64,000 bases of DNA from Myxococcales bacterium (GTDB taxonomy: Bacteria; Myxococcota_A; UBA9160; SMWR01): NCBI GenBank assembly GCA_022561775.1, contig JADFQO010000003.1, forward strand, positions 4,304 to 68,303. Direction: 5' to 3'. Of this stretch, positions 21,135 to 30,695 are shown piece by piece. Numbering within the stretch: position 1 is the first letter of the stretch; each line of letters starts with the position of its first letter. The position numbers were made by a program, and so were the translations under genes. The notes beneath the pieces were generated by a model. The model was not told the origin of the DNA. It worked only from the letters and a program-made list of their open reading frames with translations, and did not search any database.

Positions 21135-22069
21135 AATCGCCCCTCACAAACGACGGTCTGACGCTTACGGACACCGAATTTCGGATGTTTGCCGACCTCA
21201 TTCGCAAACACTCCGGACTCGATTTCGATGAGGCTTCGCGCTTTTTGCTCGAGCGGCGCCTGGCTCGGAGGGTTCGCGAGCTGGAACTGGGGAGCTTTGC
21301 CGCTTACCACTATCGCATTCGCAATAGCAGTAGCGGACCCGATGAGCTTCCGAATCTCATTGACGAATTGACGACCAACGAGACCTATTTCTTCCGCGAG
21401 TACGGTCAGCTTCGCGCGTTGATCGATGAAATCTTCGAAGAACTCCAGTTCGATCGAGAGAAGAGGGGTGGCCGACCCATCAACGTCTGGTCGGCCGGAT
21501 GCTCGAGCGGTGAAGAGCCCTACAGCGTAGCGATGCTCGCCCGAGAGGCGGGTCTGAAGCCCGGTGTCGATGTTCACGTGTATGCGTCCGACATCTCTCG
21601 CAGAATGCTGAGCAAGGCGCGCAAGGGGGTCTATCGGGAAGCGTCGTTTCGGGAGACCGATCCGCACCTGCGCGAAAAGTATTTCATCGAAAAGGATCGA
21701 CTCTGGCAGATATCCGATGATCTCAAGAGAGACGTCGACTTCATCCACTTGAATCTGCTGAACAACTCGAAGATGGCGCTTCTCAGAACCATGGATGTGA
21801 TCCTCTGCCGAAACGTAATCATCTATTTCGACATCGACACCAAATGCCAGGTGATTGAGACCTTTTACGAGAAGCTTCGCCCGGGCGGGCACCTCTTGCT
21901 CGGCCACTCGGAGTCCCTGATCAATCTGTCGACCTCATTCGAGTTGCGTCACCTTCGGCGCGACATGGTCTATCGCCGCCCATTGCCTGGCATGGATGCT
22001 GCGAATCCATGGAACATCGCTGCCGCCGCGGCGCTCCCGCGCAGCGATCACGATGGGATCGACGAATGA
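21131..22069 (+). CDS. cheR: Chemotaxis methyltransferase CheR
   Basis: TTNETYFFRE, WSAGCSSGEEPYS, CRNVIIYFD, GHSESL. Confidence 0.96.
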   Translation: MKSPLTNDGLTLTDTEFRMFADLIRKHSGLDFDEASRFLLERRLARRVRELELGSFAAYHYRIRNSSSGPDELPNLIDELTTNETYFFREYGQLRALIDEIFEELQFDREKRGGRPINVWSAGCSSGEEPYSVAMLAREAGLKPGVDVHVYASDISRRMLSKARKGVYREASFRETDPHLREKYFIEKDRLWQISDDLKRDVDFIHLNLLNNSKMALLRTMDVILCRNVIIYFDIDTKCQVIETFYEKLRPGGHLLLGHSESLINLSTSFELRHLRRDMVYRRPLPGMDAANPWNIAAAAALPRSDHDGIDE

Positions 22070-23151
22070 TGTCGCGCTCATTGATTCGGGTATTGGTGAT
22101 CGACGACTCCGCATTCAGTCGGCAGGCGATCACGCGCATGCTCGACGCCTCGCCGCTGATCGAGGTCGTCGGCGTTGCGCGCGATGGTGAGCAGGCCTTG
22201 CGGAAGACCTTCGAGCTGGAGCCAGATCTCATTACCGTTGATCTCGAGATGCCTCGCATGGACGGATTCACCTTCCTCCGGGTCGTGATGAGCAAGCGCC
22301 CGACGCCGGTGATCGTGATCAGCGGTCGGACCGGAAAAGAAGACGTCTTCCGCGCCCTCGAGCTTGGCGCCGTCGACTTCGTCGGCAAACCGAGCCCTCG
22401 CGCGACGCTGGAGCTCAACAACATCGAGCAAGAGCTGGTTCAGAAGGTGCACGCAATTCGCGATCTGAGGATCGAAAAGGTCCAAAATCGGATTAGCGCG
22501 ACGCCCGCGGTGGTCCAAAAGGAAAGCGGCCCGCCGTTGTCGACACTCAGAGTCGTTGCAATCGGATCCTCGACAGGAGGGCCCGCCGCACTGATGCAAC
22601 TCTTCAGCGCATTCCCAGACGCGCCCCGATGTTCATTCGTGGTCGCTCAGCACATGCCTGCGGGATTTACCCGCGGATTTGCGGAGCGCATCGATCGCCT
22701 GACCCGGCTGCGCGCGATCGAGGCTGAAGGCGGCGAGGCCTTGTCGCCTGGGACAGTACTGATTGCACCCGGCGGCAAGCACCTGGAATTCGAGAGCAGC
22801 GGAGGGCGTGTCGTGGCGAGGTTGATCGCCGCCGATGACCGGGACAGATACACGCCATCGGTTGATCGTATGTTCGAGAGTGCGGCAAAACACCTCGGCA
22901 AAGATCTTCTCGCCGTGGTGTTGACGGGAATGGGTGACGACGGACGATTGGGGGTCCGTTCGGTGAATCTGGCGGGTGGCAGTGTCATCGCGGAATCGGA
23001 TAGTACGGCTGTCGTCTTCGGAATGCCTCAGCAGGCGATCCGAACGGGCCTCGTCGATCAGGTTCTTCCGTTGGGAGAGATCGCTGCGGCGATTCAGGTT
23101 GGATACCGGGACTCGTCGAGACGGGAACAGGGTGATGAGGGCACGTCATGA
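22066..23151 (+). CDS. cheB: Chemotaxis methylesterase CheB
   Basis: Receiver domain plus GSSTGG, QHMP, TGMGDDG, FGMP. Confidence 0.96.
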   Translation: MMSRSLIRVLVIDDSAFSRQAITRMLDASPLIEVVGVARDGEQALRKTFELEPDLITVDLEMPRMDGFTFLRVVMSKRPTPVIVISGRTGKEDVFRALELGAVDFVGKPSPRATLELNNIEQELVQKVHAIRDLRIEKVQNRISATPAVVQKESGPPLSTLRVVAIGSSTGGPAALMQLFSAFPDAPRCSFVVAQHMPAGFTRGFAERIDRLTRLRAIEAEGGEALSPGTVLIAPGGKHLEFESSGGRVVARLIAADDRDRYTPSVDRMFESAAKHLGKDLLAVVLTGMGDDGRLGVRSVNLAGGSVIAESDSTAVVFGMPQQAIRTGLVDQVLPLGEIAAAIQVGYRDSSRREQGDEGTS

Positions 23152-23966
23152 GTGGTGATCGCAAAGACCTCTTCAAGAACGGAGAAGAGTTCTTGCAACT
23201 CTTCTCCCGAGGCGCCGAGTTCACCAAGGAACTTCTCATCGAAAACGAGCGATTGCGCGCGAGTCTGGCGGTGCTCGAGCAGGAGCAGGCGGACGCGTCG
23301 AAAACGCCCGAAGAGTGGGACAAGTATCGTGATGAACTGCAAACGCGGTTGCAGGATCTGGAGGTGGAGTGCGAGGGCGTTCGAGTGCGCCTACAGCAGG
23401 TGGAAGCGGAGAATCAGCAGTTTGCGGCTCGCTACCTCGAGATCGAAGAGGAAAACAACAACCTCGCGAATCTATACATAGCCAGCTACCAGCTTCATTC
23501 AACGCTCGACCTCGCTGAAGTCTTGAAGATCATCGTCGAAATCGTCATCAATCTCATCGGTGCAGAGATCTTTGCCGTGTACCTGTTGGATGGCGAATCG
23601 GGGCAGCTCGATGTGGCGGTTTCGGAAGGAGCGGAACGGTCCGAATTTCCGAGTTGCTCGGACCCCGGAGGCATCATCGCGAAGTCGTTGGAGACCGCAG
23701 TGCCTGTGTGTGGGGACCCTACGCGGCCGTCAAACCTCGAGGAGCCGATCGTCTGCATTCCACTGATCGTCCAGAACCGACCGATCGGCTTGATCGGGAT
23801 CTTCGGCCTGCTCCAGCAGAAAGACGGGTTCTCGGCGCTCGATCACGAGTTGTTCACCGTGATGGGTGGGCACGCCTCAACCGCTCTTTTCGCGGCGCGG
23901 CTCTACTCGCAATCGGAGCGGAAGCTAAACACCATCCAGGGGTTCATCGATCTTTTGACGGAGTGA
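23148..23966 (+). CDS. Coiled-coil plus GAF domain protein
   Basis: N-terminal heptad-rich helix, ANLYIASYQLHSTLD, CIPLIVQNRPIG. Confidence 0.8.
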   Translation: MSGDRKDLFKNGEEFLQLFSRGAEFTKELLIENERLRASLAVLEQEQADASKTPEEWDKYRDELQTRLQDLEVECEGVRVRLQQVEAENQQFAARYLEIEEENNNLANLYIASYQLHSTLDLAEVLKIIVEIVINLIGAEIFAVYLLDGESGQLDVAVSEGAERSEFPSCSDPGGIIAKSLETAVPVCGDPTRPSNLEEPIVCIPLIVQNRPIGLIGIFGLLQQKDGFSALDHELFTVMGGHASTALFAARLYSQSERKLNTIQGFIDLLTE

Positions 23967-24006
23967 CGAAGAACCCGTGTAATCTACGCGGAGCATGGAG
24001 TTGAGC

Positions 24007-24393
24007 ATGGACCGGAAAAGAATCCTGATAGTCGAAGACAGCCCGACGATGCGACAGCTTCTAGTGTTCGCTCTTCGTCGTCTAAAAGACGTCGACATCA
24101 TCGAGGCCCAGGATGGAATGGATGGGCTTCGCAAGGTGTCGAGTGACCATTTTGACCTGGCTCTGATCGATATCAATATGCCGGTGATGGATGGGCTCAA
24201 GCTGATCAGCCTGATTCGAGGTGAAGATAGCCTTCGCGACATTCCGATCGTGGTGATCACCACCGAGGGCGCGAAGGAGGATCGCGAGAGGGCACTCTCA
24301 CTGGGGGCGAACGAGTATCTCACGAAACCCATTCAAGCGAATCGTGTGCTGAGGGTCGTACAGAGCCTGTTGAAGGGTGAGTCAAAGACGTGA
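24007..24393 (+). CDS. cheY: Single-domain response regulator (CheY-like)
   Basis: ILIVEDS, IDINMP, LTKP; start may be 23995. Confidence 0.9.
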   Translation: MDRKRILIVEDSPTMRQLLVFALRRLKDVDIIEAQDGMDGLRKVSSDHFDLALIDINMPVMDGLKLISLIRGEDSLRDIPIVVITTEGAKEDRERALSLGANEYLTKPIQANRVLRVVQSLLKGESKT

Positions 24394-24588
24394 GACGGGG
24401 TTGGCGGAATGGCGCCCGTCGACAGAGCGCGCCGTCGATCGCATAAGCCGTGCACCCACCGAAACCTGTCGGATTCCAACACGCTTCACGGCCCTCCTGA
24501 CGGCTCAAAACGGACTGTCTTCAGCCGCGCCCGGAACGTGTGCCGCGGGCGGCTGTGGTATACCTGCTCGGTGAATCGAAAGTGGGCA

Positions 24589-25110
24589 ATGCGTGGGTTT
24601 CGGCTGGTCGCGCTGGCGATCATTCAGCTCGCCGGCTCCGGTTGCGGCTACAAGCTCATCGACTACAGCGAGCCCATCGCGGGCCTGGGCTCGGTGGCGA
24701 TTCAGACCTTCAAGAACGAATCCTACGAACCCGGCGTCGAGTTCGTCGTGGCGGATGCCCTGCGCCGGGAGTTCTTGCGACGCGGCGCGCTGGTGTTGGT
24801 CGACGATGCGATCGATGCCGATTTGGTCGTGTCGGGAGTCGTTGAGCCGATCGTCACGAGAGCCCGGAGTTTCTCGTCCATCGCGCTCGCACTCGAGTGG
24901 GAAGTCACGCTCGAGCTGGCCGTCTACGCGGAGTGGTCGGACGGTACCCGGACGCGCCTCGACGAGGACGCGACCCTGGCCAGGGAGCGTTACCTGGCGA
25001 GCGCGGATATCGAGGCGACCCGAAAGAATCGCGACGAAGCGATTCGGGTGATGGCGTCGGGCCTTGCCGCGCATGTCCACGACATGCTCTATGAGCTCAC
25101 CCTGCCATGA
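24589..25110 (+). CDS. lptE: LptE-family lipoprotein
   Basis: Signal peptide ending LAGSGC-GY, F.N.S.EPG.E, ADLVVSG; upstream of holA as usual. Confidence 0.8.
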   Translation: MRGFRLVALAIIQLAGSGCGYKLIDYSEPIAGLGSVAIQTFKNESYEPGVEFVVADALRREFLRRGALVLVDDAIDADLVVSGVVEPIVTRARSFSSIALALEWEVTLELAVYAEWSDGTRTRLDEDATLARERYLASADIEATRKNRDEAIRVMASGLAAHVHDMLYELTLP

Positions 25111-26081
25111 CCCTCGATGAGCTCCGCTCGGAGCTCGAGGCGGCCCAGGTGCGTTCCAGCTACCTCGTCGTTGGTGCGGAGCCGCTGCTGCGCGACGACG
25201 CGTTGGAGGCGATCCGAATCGCCGTGCTTGGCGACGGCCCCTCGGATTTCGACTACGAGCGACTCGACGGAGAAATGATTACTGGCGCCGCGTTGCTCGA
25301 TGCGGTGGGAACACTGCCGGTGTTGGCCCCCCGACGTCTCGTCGTGCTGCGCGGACCCGAGGCCGCGCGCGCCAAGGCGCGCGGGCTCACCGACGCTCTC
25401 GGTGAAGCACTGGTCGCACTGGAAGATAGTCGCGAAACCGTCCTCGTTGTCCTCGCGGAGAAGGTGGACGGGCGCTCCCGCTGGGTGAAGGCCTTTGGAA
25501 GTGCTTCAGTGGTACGCTGTGATCCACCGCGAGGAGGCCGGGCGCTCTCTGCCTTCATCGCTGCCGAGGCGAGTCGGCAAGGGGTCGCCCTCGACCCGGC
25601 CGCGATCGCATTGCTCGCCGAGCGGACCGGCCCCCAGTTGTTGATGCTGCGGCAGGAGATCGCGAAGGCCGCTCTGTTCGTCGCGCCCGGCGAACAGGTG
25701 AAAGCAAAACACGTAGCGGAGTCGACGAGCGATGTTGCCGAAGAGCCCATCTGGGATCTCACCGACGCGATCGGCGAAGGGCGTTGCGGCGATTCGCTGG
25801 CCCTGCTCGGGAAATTGCTGCGCTCGGGGAGTGCGCCGCCCGCGATTCTGGGTGCGTTCGTCGGGCACTTTCGAAAGCTCACGAGCGTGCGCAGCGGAGG
25901 TGTCGTCACAGGACCGCCCTTCGCGATTCGCAAACTGGAGGGCCAGTCGCTCAGATTCAGCCCGGGGCGCCTACTCTCTTGCCTCGCTGCGATTCACCAG
26001 ACCGACCTCGCCCTCAAGGGCGCGGGGGGGATCCCATCGGAACTCGCGTTGGAGAGCCTGGTGATCGCCCTCGCCAGCTGA
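25107..26081 (+). CDS. holA: DNA polymerase III delta subunit
   Basis: YLVVGAE, TLP.LAPRRLVVL, LRQEIAK, IWDLTDAI, TDLALKG; lptE-holA-rpsT synteny. Confidence 0.9.
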   Translation: MTLDELRSELEAAQVRSSYLVVGAEPLLRDDALEAIRIAVLGDGPSDFDYERLDGEMITGAALLDAVGTLPVLAPRRLVVLRGPEAARAKARGLTDALGEALVALEDSRETVLVVLAEKVDGRSRWVKAFGSASVVRCDPPRGGRALSAFIAAEASRQGVALDPAAIALLAERTGPQLLMLRQEIAKAALFVAPGEQVKAKHVAESTSDVAEEPIWDLTDAIGEGRCGDSLALLGKLLRSGSAPPAILGAFVGHFRKLTSVRSGGVVTGPPFAIRKLEGQSLRFSPGRLLSCLAAIHQTDLALKGAGGIPSELALESLVIALAS

Positions 26082-26163
26082 CGGCGAGGCCATCGCGAAC
26101 ATCCGCTCCGAGTGCTGCCGATGGGCCTGGGGATGCGGGTAGCGCGGAGGTCGTTTCGCGGGA

Positions 26164-26433
26164 TCAGCTCGACGCGAGTCGATTCTGATTCTTGGCTAGG
26201 CGGGAGACCTGTCGGCTCGCGCGCTGCCGCGGGATCGCCCCCTTCGAGGCGGCCCGGCGCAGGACGCCTTCGGCGACCCTTAGTGCTGCCGTCGTCTCTC
26301 CTGCGTCACCCTCTGCCAGCGCGGACCGAGCGCTCTTGACCGCCGACTTGACTCGGCTACGCGTGCGGCGATTGCGCTCGGTGCGCTTGGGTGTCTGACG
26401 GGCTCTCTTTTTCGCCGATTTGTGATATGCCAC
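26164..26433 (-). CDS. rpsT: 30S ribosomal protein S20
   Basis: MAYHKSAKKRARQ..RN..SRVKSAVK..ASKG.I..ASRQVSRL. Confidence 0.96.
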   Translation of the reverse strand: MAYHKSAKKRARQTPKRTERNRRTRSRVKSAVKSARSALAEGDAGETTAALRVAEGVLRRAASKGAIPRQRASRQVSRLAKNQNRLASS

Positions 26434-26462
26434 GGATTCTCTCTCGGAATTGACGGGGACCG

Positions 26463-26491
26463 ATCATAGGGAGCGCCAGCCCCGGTGTCGA
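26463..26491 (-). promoter_or_regulatory. Putative sigma70 promoter of rpsT
   Basis: Reverse strand TCGACA-N17-TATGAT. Confidence 0.6.
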
Positions 26492-26521
26492 CGGGAGCCT
26501 CCCGGGATCTGGGAGCAGCCT

Positions 26522-26548
26522 TCAGAGCGGGGCCAGGTTCACCGATAA
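26522..26548 (+). promoter_or_regulatory. Putative sigma28/FliA-like promoter
   Basis: TCAG-N15-ACCGATAA upstream of the TPR membrane protein gene. Confidence 0.45.
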
Positions 26549-26586
26549 GCACCGCGGGCCGGTGGGTTCCGGGGGGAATTGCGGTG

Positions 26587-28518
26587 ATGGGAAGCAGCAG
26601 TCGGGTCGTAGCCCTTGCGGCGGTCGGAGGTTGCTTCCTGGTATCTTGGGCACCCGCGAGCGCTCAGGATCTCACTTCCCCGGTCGAAGCGGCAGCGCCG
26701 GGCGGGCCCGAAGCGGGCCCCCCGGATCCAGTCGTCCAGGCTCCAGGTTCCAATCCAGTCCCGCCGGCGTACTTCGCGAGCGAACTGAGCCGAACGCCAG
26801 CGGCGGTTCGCCTCGCCTGGTGGGCCGAGTCCGAAGATCCGGCCGCGCGCAACCGGCAAGCCCGACGCGCGGCGCTGCGGCACGGGATGTGGAACTTCGA
26901 CCCGGCTGCGCGCGTGCTGATCGGCCCCGAGTTGAAAGGTGCCGGTCTCGAGCAGGCACAAGCCGCGGTCGCGCTCTCCCCCGATCTTCCGGCGGCCCGA
27001 ATGGCTTTGGCCCGGGAGATCTGGCTGGAGGGCGATTCACCGATCGCCGCGCTGCGGGGCGCGTTTGACGCGCTGCTCGCAATCCCGCGCCACTTCGAAG
27101 CGTCGATCTGGTTTTCGGCGACGACCCTGACCATCTGTACGCTGGCCCTGATCGCCGGCGGATTCCTGACGCTTGTCATTTTCGGCGTCTTCGCGTTTCT
27201 CCACGCAGCCCACGACATCGGGGACCTGATCCCGTCAGCGATGCCGACTTTCGCCCGCGCCGCACTGCTCGGTTCGGTGATGCTCGTGCCGCTCGTCTTG
27301 CAACAGGGCCTGCTCGGGCTCGCCCTCCCGCTTTTTGCCATCGCCTTACTCTACGGAGGCGCTTCACAGCGCCTGGTCGTGTGCCTGGCAGCCGGCGCAG
27401 TGCTGATCGGCGCGTTCCCGATGGCGCGGCTCACGGGCAGATTGCTCACCGCCTATGTCGATACCCCGATCGAGGCGGCGGTTTTGGCGACCGATGGATT
27501 CGCGCTGCTCGGAGATATGCGTGTGCTCGAATCGGTAGCGGAAAGCGATCCGGTGGCCGCCATGGCGCTGGCTATGACGTCCCGCCGAGCGGGCAATCTG
27601 GCCAAAGCCGACGCGCAATATCAACGTCTGCTCCAGCAGGAACCTGCCAATTACGCCGCCGCCAACAATGCGGCGAATGTGAAGCTGGAGCTCGGCCAGC
27701 TGGAGAGCGCCATCAGTCTCTACCGGAGGTCGTTGGAATTGGACCACTCCGCGACTGTGCTCTTCAATCTCTTCCAGGCTCAGGGGCAGGCGTTCAAGCT
27801 GGATGACGTCGGCCAGACCTTGGCCGCCGCACAGCAAGCGGATTCCGAGAGGATCGCCGAACTCACGCTGCTGCAGGGAAGCGACCTCGCAGGATTCACG
27901 GTTGATCTCCCGCTGCCGCGTCGCATGCTCTGGGATCGGATCCTCGCTGCCCAGTCTGGCGAATCGTTCGTGACCGAGATTCGCTCGGCGATCGCGCCGG
28001 GCGTACTTGGCCAGAGCGCGCGGTTCTCGGCGGGCGCATTCGCTTCGATCGCAATCCTCTCGTTGGCGGGTGCTTCTCGATGGAAGAGGTCTCACTGGTG
28101 CGGTCGGTGCGGCAGAACGATGTGCCCCCGCTGTGAGCCGGAGCTCGGTGAAGAAGAGGATTGCGAGAGTTGCAATCGTCTTTTTCAACACCCCGAGACC
28201 ACTGCTCGCGCGATGCGAGCGGTGCGCGTCGGCGCACTGCGCTTTCGCGAGCAACGTCTGGCACGCGTTCGGTTGATCGTATCGATCGTCCTTCCGGGAG
28301 CCGCCGGCGCGCTGGCGCGATGCCCTTGGGCGAGTTTCATCGGGGCTCTTTCTGCCGCGATCGCGACCCTGGCGATTTACTGGCGCAACGGTGTCACGCC
28401 GGATCCGCTTACTGCTGGTGCGGCGGCGCCAATGGCCTTCGGGTTGATCTCGGCTCTGGCATTGTTCTGCTACAGCGCTTCGGTCATTTTTTCGCTCGCT
28501 GCGCGGAGTAGGAGCTAG
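26587..28518 (+). CDS. Multi-TM TPR protein with Cys-rich Zn-finger-like motif
   Basis: Signal peptide, several TM helices, TPR (AANNAANVKLELGQLESAISLYRRSL), CGRCGRTMCPRC..CESC. Confidence 0.75.
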   Translation: MGSSSRVVALAAVGGCFLVSWAPASAQDLTSPVEAAAPGGPEAGPPDPVVQAPGSNPVPPAYFASELSRTPAAVRLAWWAESEDPAARNRQARRAALRHGMWNFDPAARVLIGPELKGAGLEQAQAAVALSPDLPAARMALAREIWLEGDSPIAALRGAFDALLAIPRHFEASIWFSATTLTICTLALIAGGFLTLVIFGVFAFLHAAHDIGDLIPSAMPTFARAALLGSVMLVPLVLQQGLLGLALPLFAIALLYGGASQRLVVCLAAGAVLIGAFPMARLTGRLLTAYVDTPIEAAVLATDGFALLGDMRVLESVAESDPVAAMALAMTSRRAGNLAKADAQYQRLLQQEPANYAAANNAANVKLELGQLESAISLYRRSLELDHSATVLFNLFQAQGQAFKLDDVGQTLAAAQQADSERIAELTLLQGSDLAGFTVDLPLPRRMLWDRILAAQSGESFVTEIRSAIAPGVLGQSARFSAGAFASIAILSLAGASRWKRSHWCGRCGRTMCPRCEPELGEEEDCESCNRLFQHPETTARAMRAVRVGALRFREQRLARVRLIVSIVLPGAAGALARCPWASFIGALSAAIATLAIYWRNGVTPDPLTAGAAAPMAFGLISALALFCYSASVIFSLAARSRS

Positions 28519-28520
28519 CG

Positions 28521-29642
28521 ATGGCTGCATCTCTCCGCGGCGATCTCAAGGACTTCGGCATCGCGGATGTCTTCCAGTTGATGGGACAACAGCGCAAGAC
28601 CGGTGTTCTCGAATTCAACGGAGATGGTCAGCAGATCCAGATCCTCTTCGACCAAGGTGCAGTGGTGTCCGCCGCACCGGTCGGGTCCTGGCCCGACGCG
28701 GCCTTTGGAGAGATGCTCATGCGGTGCGGATTGTTGAGCCGAGACCGCGTTGACGAATTGCGGCGAGAGTGCGGCGCTTCAGCGCGGACATTAACTGGTG
28801 TCGCTACTTCCCGAGGGTGGCTTGGTGAAGACGAGCTTCGAAAGATCGAAGAACTCCTCACGCGCGAGACCATCTTCTCGGTCCTGCGCTGGAGAGCCGG
28901 GTCATTCGACTTCACGACGAAGGAAATCGAACACGATCAGAGTGCCGACTCGCTTCTCGGAGCGGAGCAGATCCTGATGGACGGCCTCCGCATGATCGAT
29001 GAATGGGAGAGCTTCGCCGATCTCGTTCCGTCCGAGGATACGGTCTTCCGTCGATTGCTCTCCTTCCAGCAATACGGCGAGCGGTGCAGCGGCGAGGCGC
29101 CCGGGCAGCTTGCGAATGCCGAGCGCATCTTCCAGCTGATCGATGGGCGTCTTCCGGTACGCCGCATCATCGACCTTTCCATGCTCGGTACCTTCGATTC
29201 GGTTCGCGCGCTCGCTCGGCTACACCGGCACAAGATCATCGAAACCGTGGATCTCGAAATCCTGGCGTCATCCTCCGAGGTCGATCCAGGAGGGGCTCGC
29301 CAGTCGCCCCGACGCGGCATGCTCGCTGCGATCGCCTCGCTCGCGTTGCTCGCGGCTGTCACGGGATCGATCCCGCAGCGATTGGGCTCCGGGGACCCTC
29401 CGGATGCGTTTGCGATCCAGCGGCCCGCCGCCCTCGAGCTCGCCAGATACGCCCACGGGAAGCACCGGGTTCGCCACGCCCTCGGGATCTATTGGTTCAC
29501 CCACGGTCGCTGGCCGACGAACCTCGCTGAGCTCGTGAACGACGGTTTTCTGTCGCATCGGGAATTGGCATCCGAGGATGGCCATCCCTACTATTTCGCG
29601 AATCGCGAGAACGGTACCTGGTTGCTCGCGCCGGACCGCTGA
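28521..29642 (+). CDS. DUF4388 domain membrane protein with pilin/GspG-like C-terminus
   Basis: LRGDLKDFGIADVFQLMGQQRKTG; one TM helix; GRWPTNLAELV. Confidence 0.75.
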   Translation: MAASLRGDLKDFGIADVFQLMGQQRKTGVLEFNGDGQQIQILFDQGAVVSAAPVGSWPDAAFGEMLMRCGLLSRDRVDELRRECGASARTLTGVATSRGWLGEDELRKIEELLTRETIFSVLRWRAGSFDFTTKEIEHDQSADSLLGAEQILMDGLRMIDEWESFADLVPSEDTVFRRLLSFQQYGERCSGEAPGQLANAERIFQLIDGRLPVRRIIDLSMLGTFDSVRALARLHRHKIIETVDLEILASSSEVDPGGARQSPRRGMLAAIASLALLAAVTGSIPQRLGSGDPPDAFAIQRPAALELARYAHGKHRVRHALGIYWFTHGRWPTNLAELVNDGFLSHRELASEDGHPYYFANRENGTWLLAPDR

Positions 29643-29651
29643 GGAAATCCC

Positions 29652-30695
29652 CTGTCCAAAACCGACTCCACTGCCCGCCAGACCCTGATATTCGATGACA
29701 ACCAGAGTGCGGCTGCACTCTACGGAGAGGGAGACCGCATCCTCCGCGTGCTGGAGCGAGATCTCGGGGTCGATGCGAGGGCGCGTGGCAACGAAGTCCG
29801 GCTGGTGGGAGACGCCGACAAGGTCGAGCTCGCGCGCAAGGTCCTCGAAGAACTATACGGTGTTGTTCGGTCTGGGGGCGAGGTGCGCGCCCGCGATGTT
29901 CGCCAAGCGGTGCGGATGGTTACCGAAGAGCCCGACGTAAACCCCGGGGAGGCCTCCGAGGACGTTCTGTCTTCGGTCGGCGGTCGGCGTCGAATCAAGG
30001 CGAAGAACCTCAATCAGCGTCGGTATATCGAGGCGATGAGCAAGAGCGACGTCGTCTTTGCGGTTGGCCCCGCCGGCACGGGCAAAACGTATCTCGCGAT
30101 GGCGATGGCGATCGCGGCTCTCAATCGCCACGAAGTTTCGCGCGTCGTGCTGACCCGTCCTGCGGTGGAAGCCGGCGAGAAGCTGGGCTTCCTGCCAGGA
30201 TCGATGGCCGAAAAGGTCAATCCCTATTTACGCCCACTCTACGACGCGCTGAACGACATGATGCCCTTTGAAAAATCCAGTCGCTTGATGGAGCGAGGTG
30301 TGATCGAGGTGGCTCCACTGGGTTTCATGCGCGGCCGCACGCTCAACGATTCGTTCGTGATTCTGGACGAAGCGCAGAACACGACCCATGAGCAGATGAA
30401 GATGCTGCTGACGCGCCTCGGATTCGACTCGAAGGCGGTGATCACCGGTGACGTCACGCAGATCGACCTGCCTACTGACAAGCGCAGCGGACTGGTTGAC
30501 GCAACGAAAATCCTGGCGGGTATTGAAGGGATCGACTTCCTCTATTTCAGTGAGAAGGACGTGGTTCGTCATCCGCTCGTCCAGTCGATCATCGTCGCCT
30601 ACGATCGCTACGATGCGGACTCGACAAACGGCCGCGCTGATGACGCTCAGAGACAGCAGACAGTGCGTAAAGTGACGGATTCCGACGACGAGTGA
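29652..30695 (+). CDS. phoH: PhoH family ATPase (probable CTG start)
   Basis: GPAGTGKT, RPAVEAGEKLGFLPG, MRGRT, DEAQN, VRHPLV; reading frame extends upstream to CTG 29652 after a GAGGA RBS. Confidence 0.93.
   Translation: MSKTDSTARQTLIFDDNQSAAALYGEGDRILRVLERDLGVDARARGNEVRLVGDADKVELARKVLEELYGVVRSGGEVRARDVRQAVRMVTEEPDVNPGEASEDVLSSVGGRRRIKAKNLNQRRYIEAMSKSDVVFAVGPAGTGKTYLAMAMAIAALNRHEVSRVVLTRPAVEAGEKLGFLPGSMAEKVNPYLRPLYDALNDMMPFEKSSRLMERGVIEVAPLGFMRGRTLNDSFVILDEAQNTTHEQMKMLLTRLGFDSKAVITGDVTQIDLPTDKRSGLVDATKILAGIEGIDFLYFSEKDVVRHPLVQSIIVAYDRYDADSTNGRADDAQRQQTVRKVTDSDDE

Noticed and set aside
19919-21907. 662-aa minus-strand ORF
   Set aside because: Antisense shadow of the HEAT and cheR genes
24505-24531. 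Fourth sigma28-like motif TCAA-N15-GCCGCGCC before lptE
   Set aside because: Lacks the conserved GAT of the -10 element
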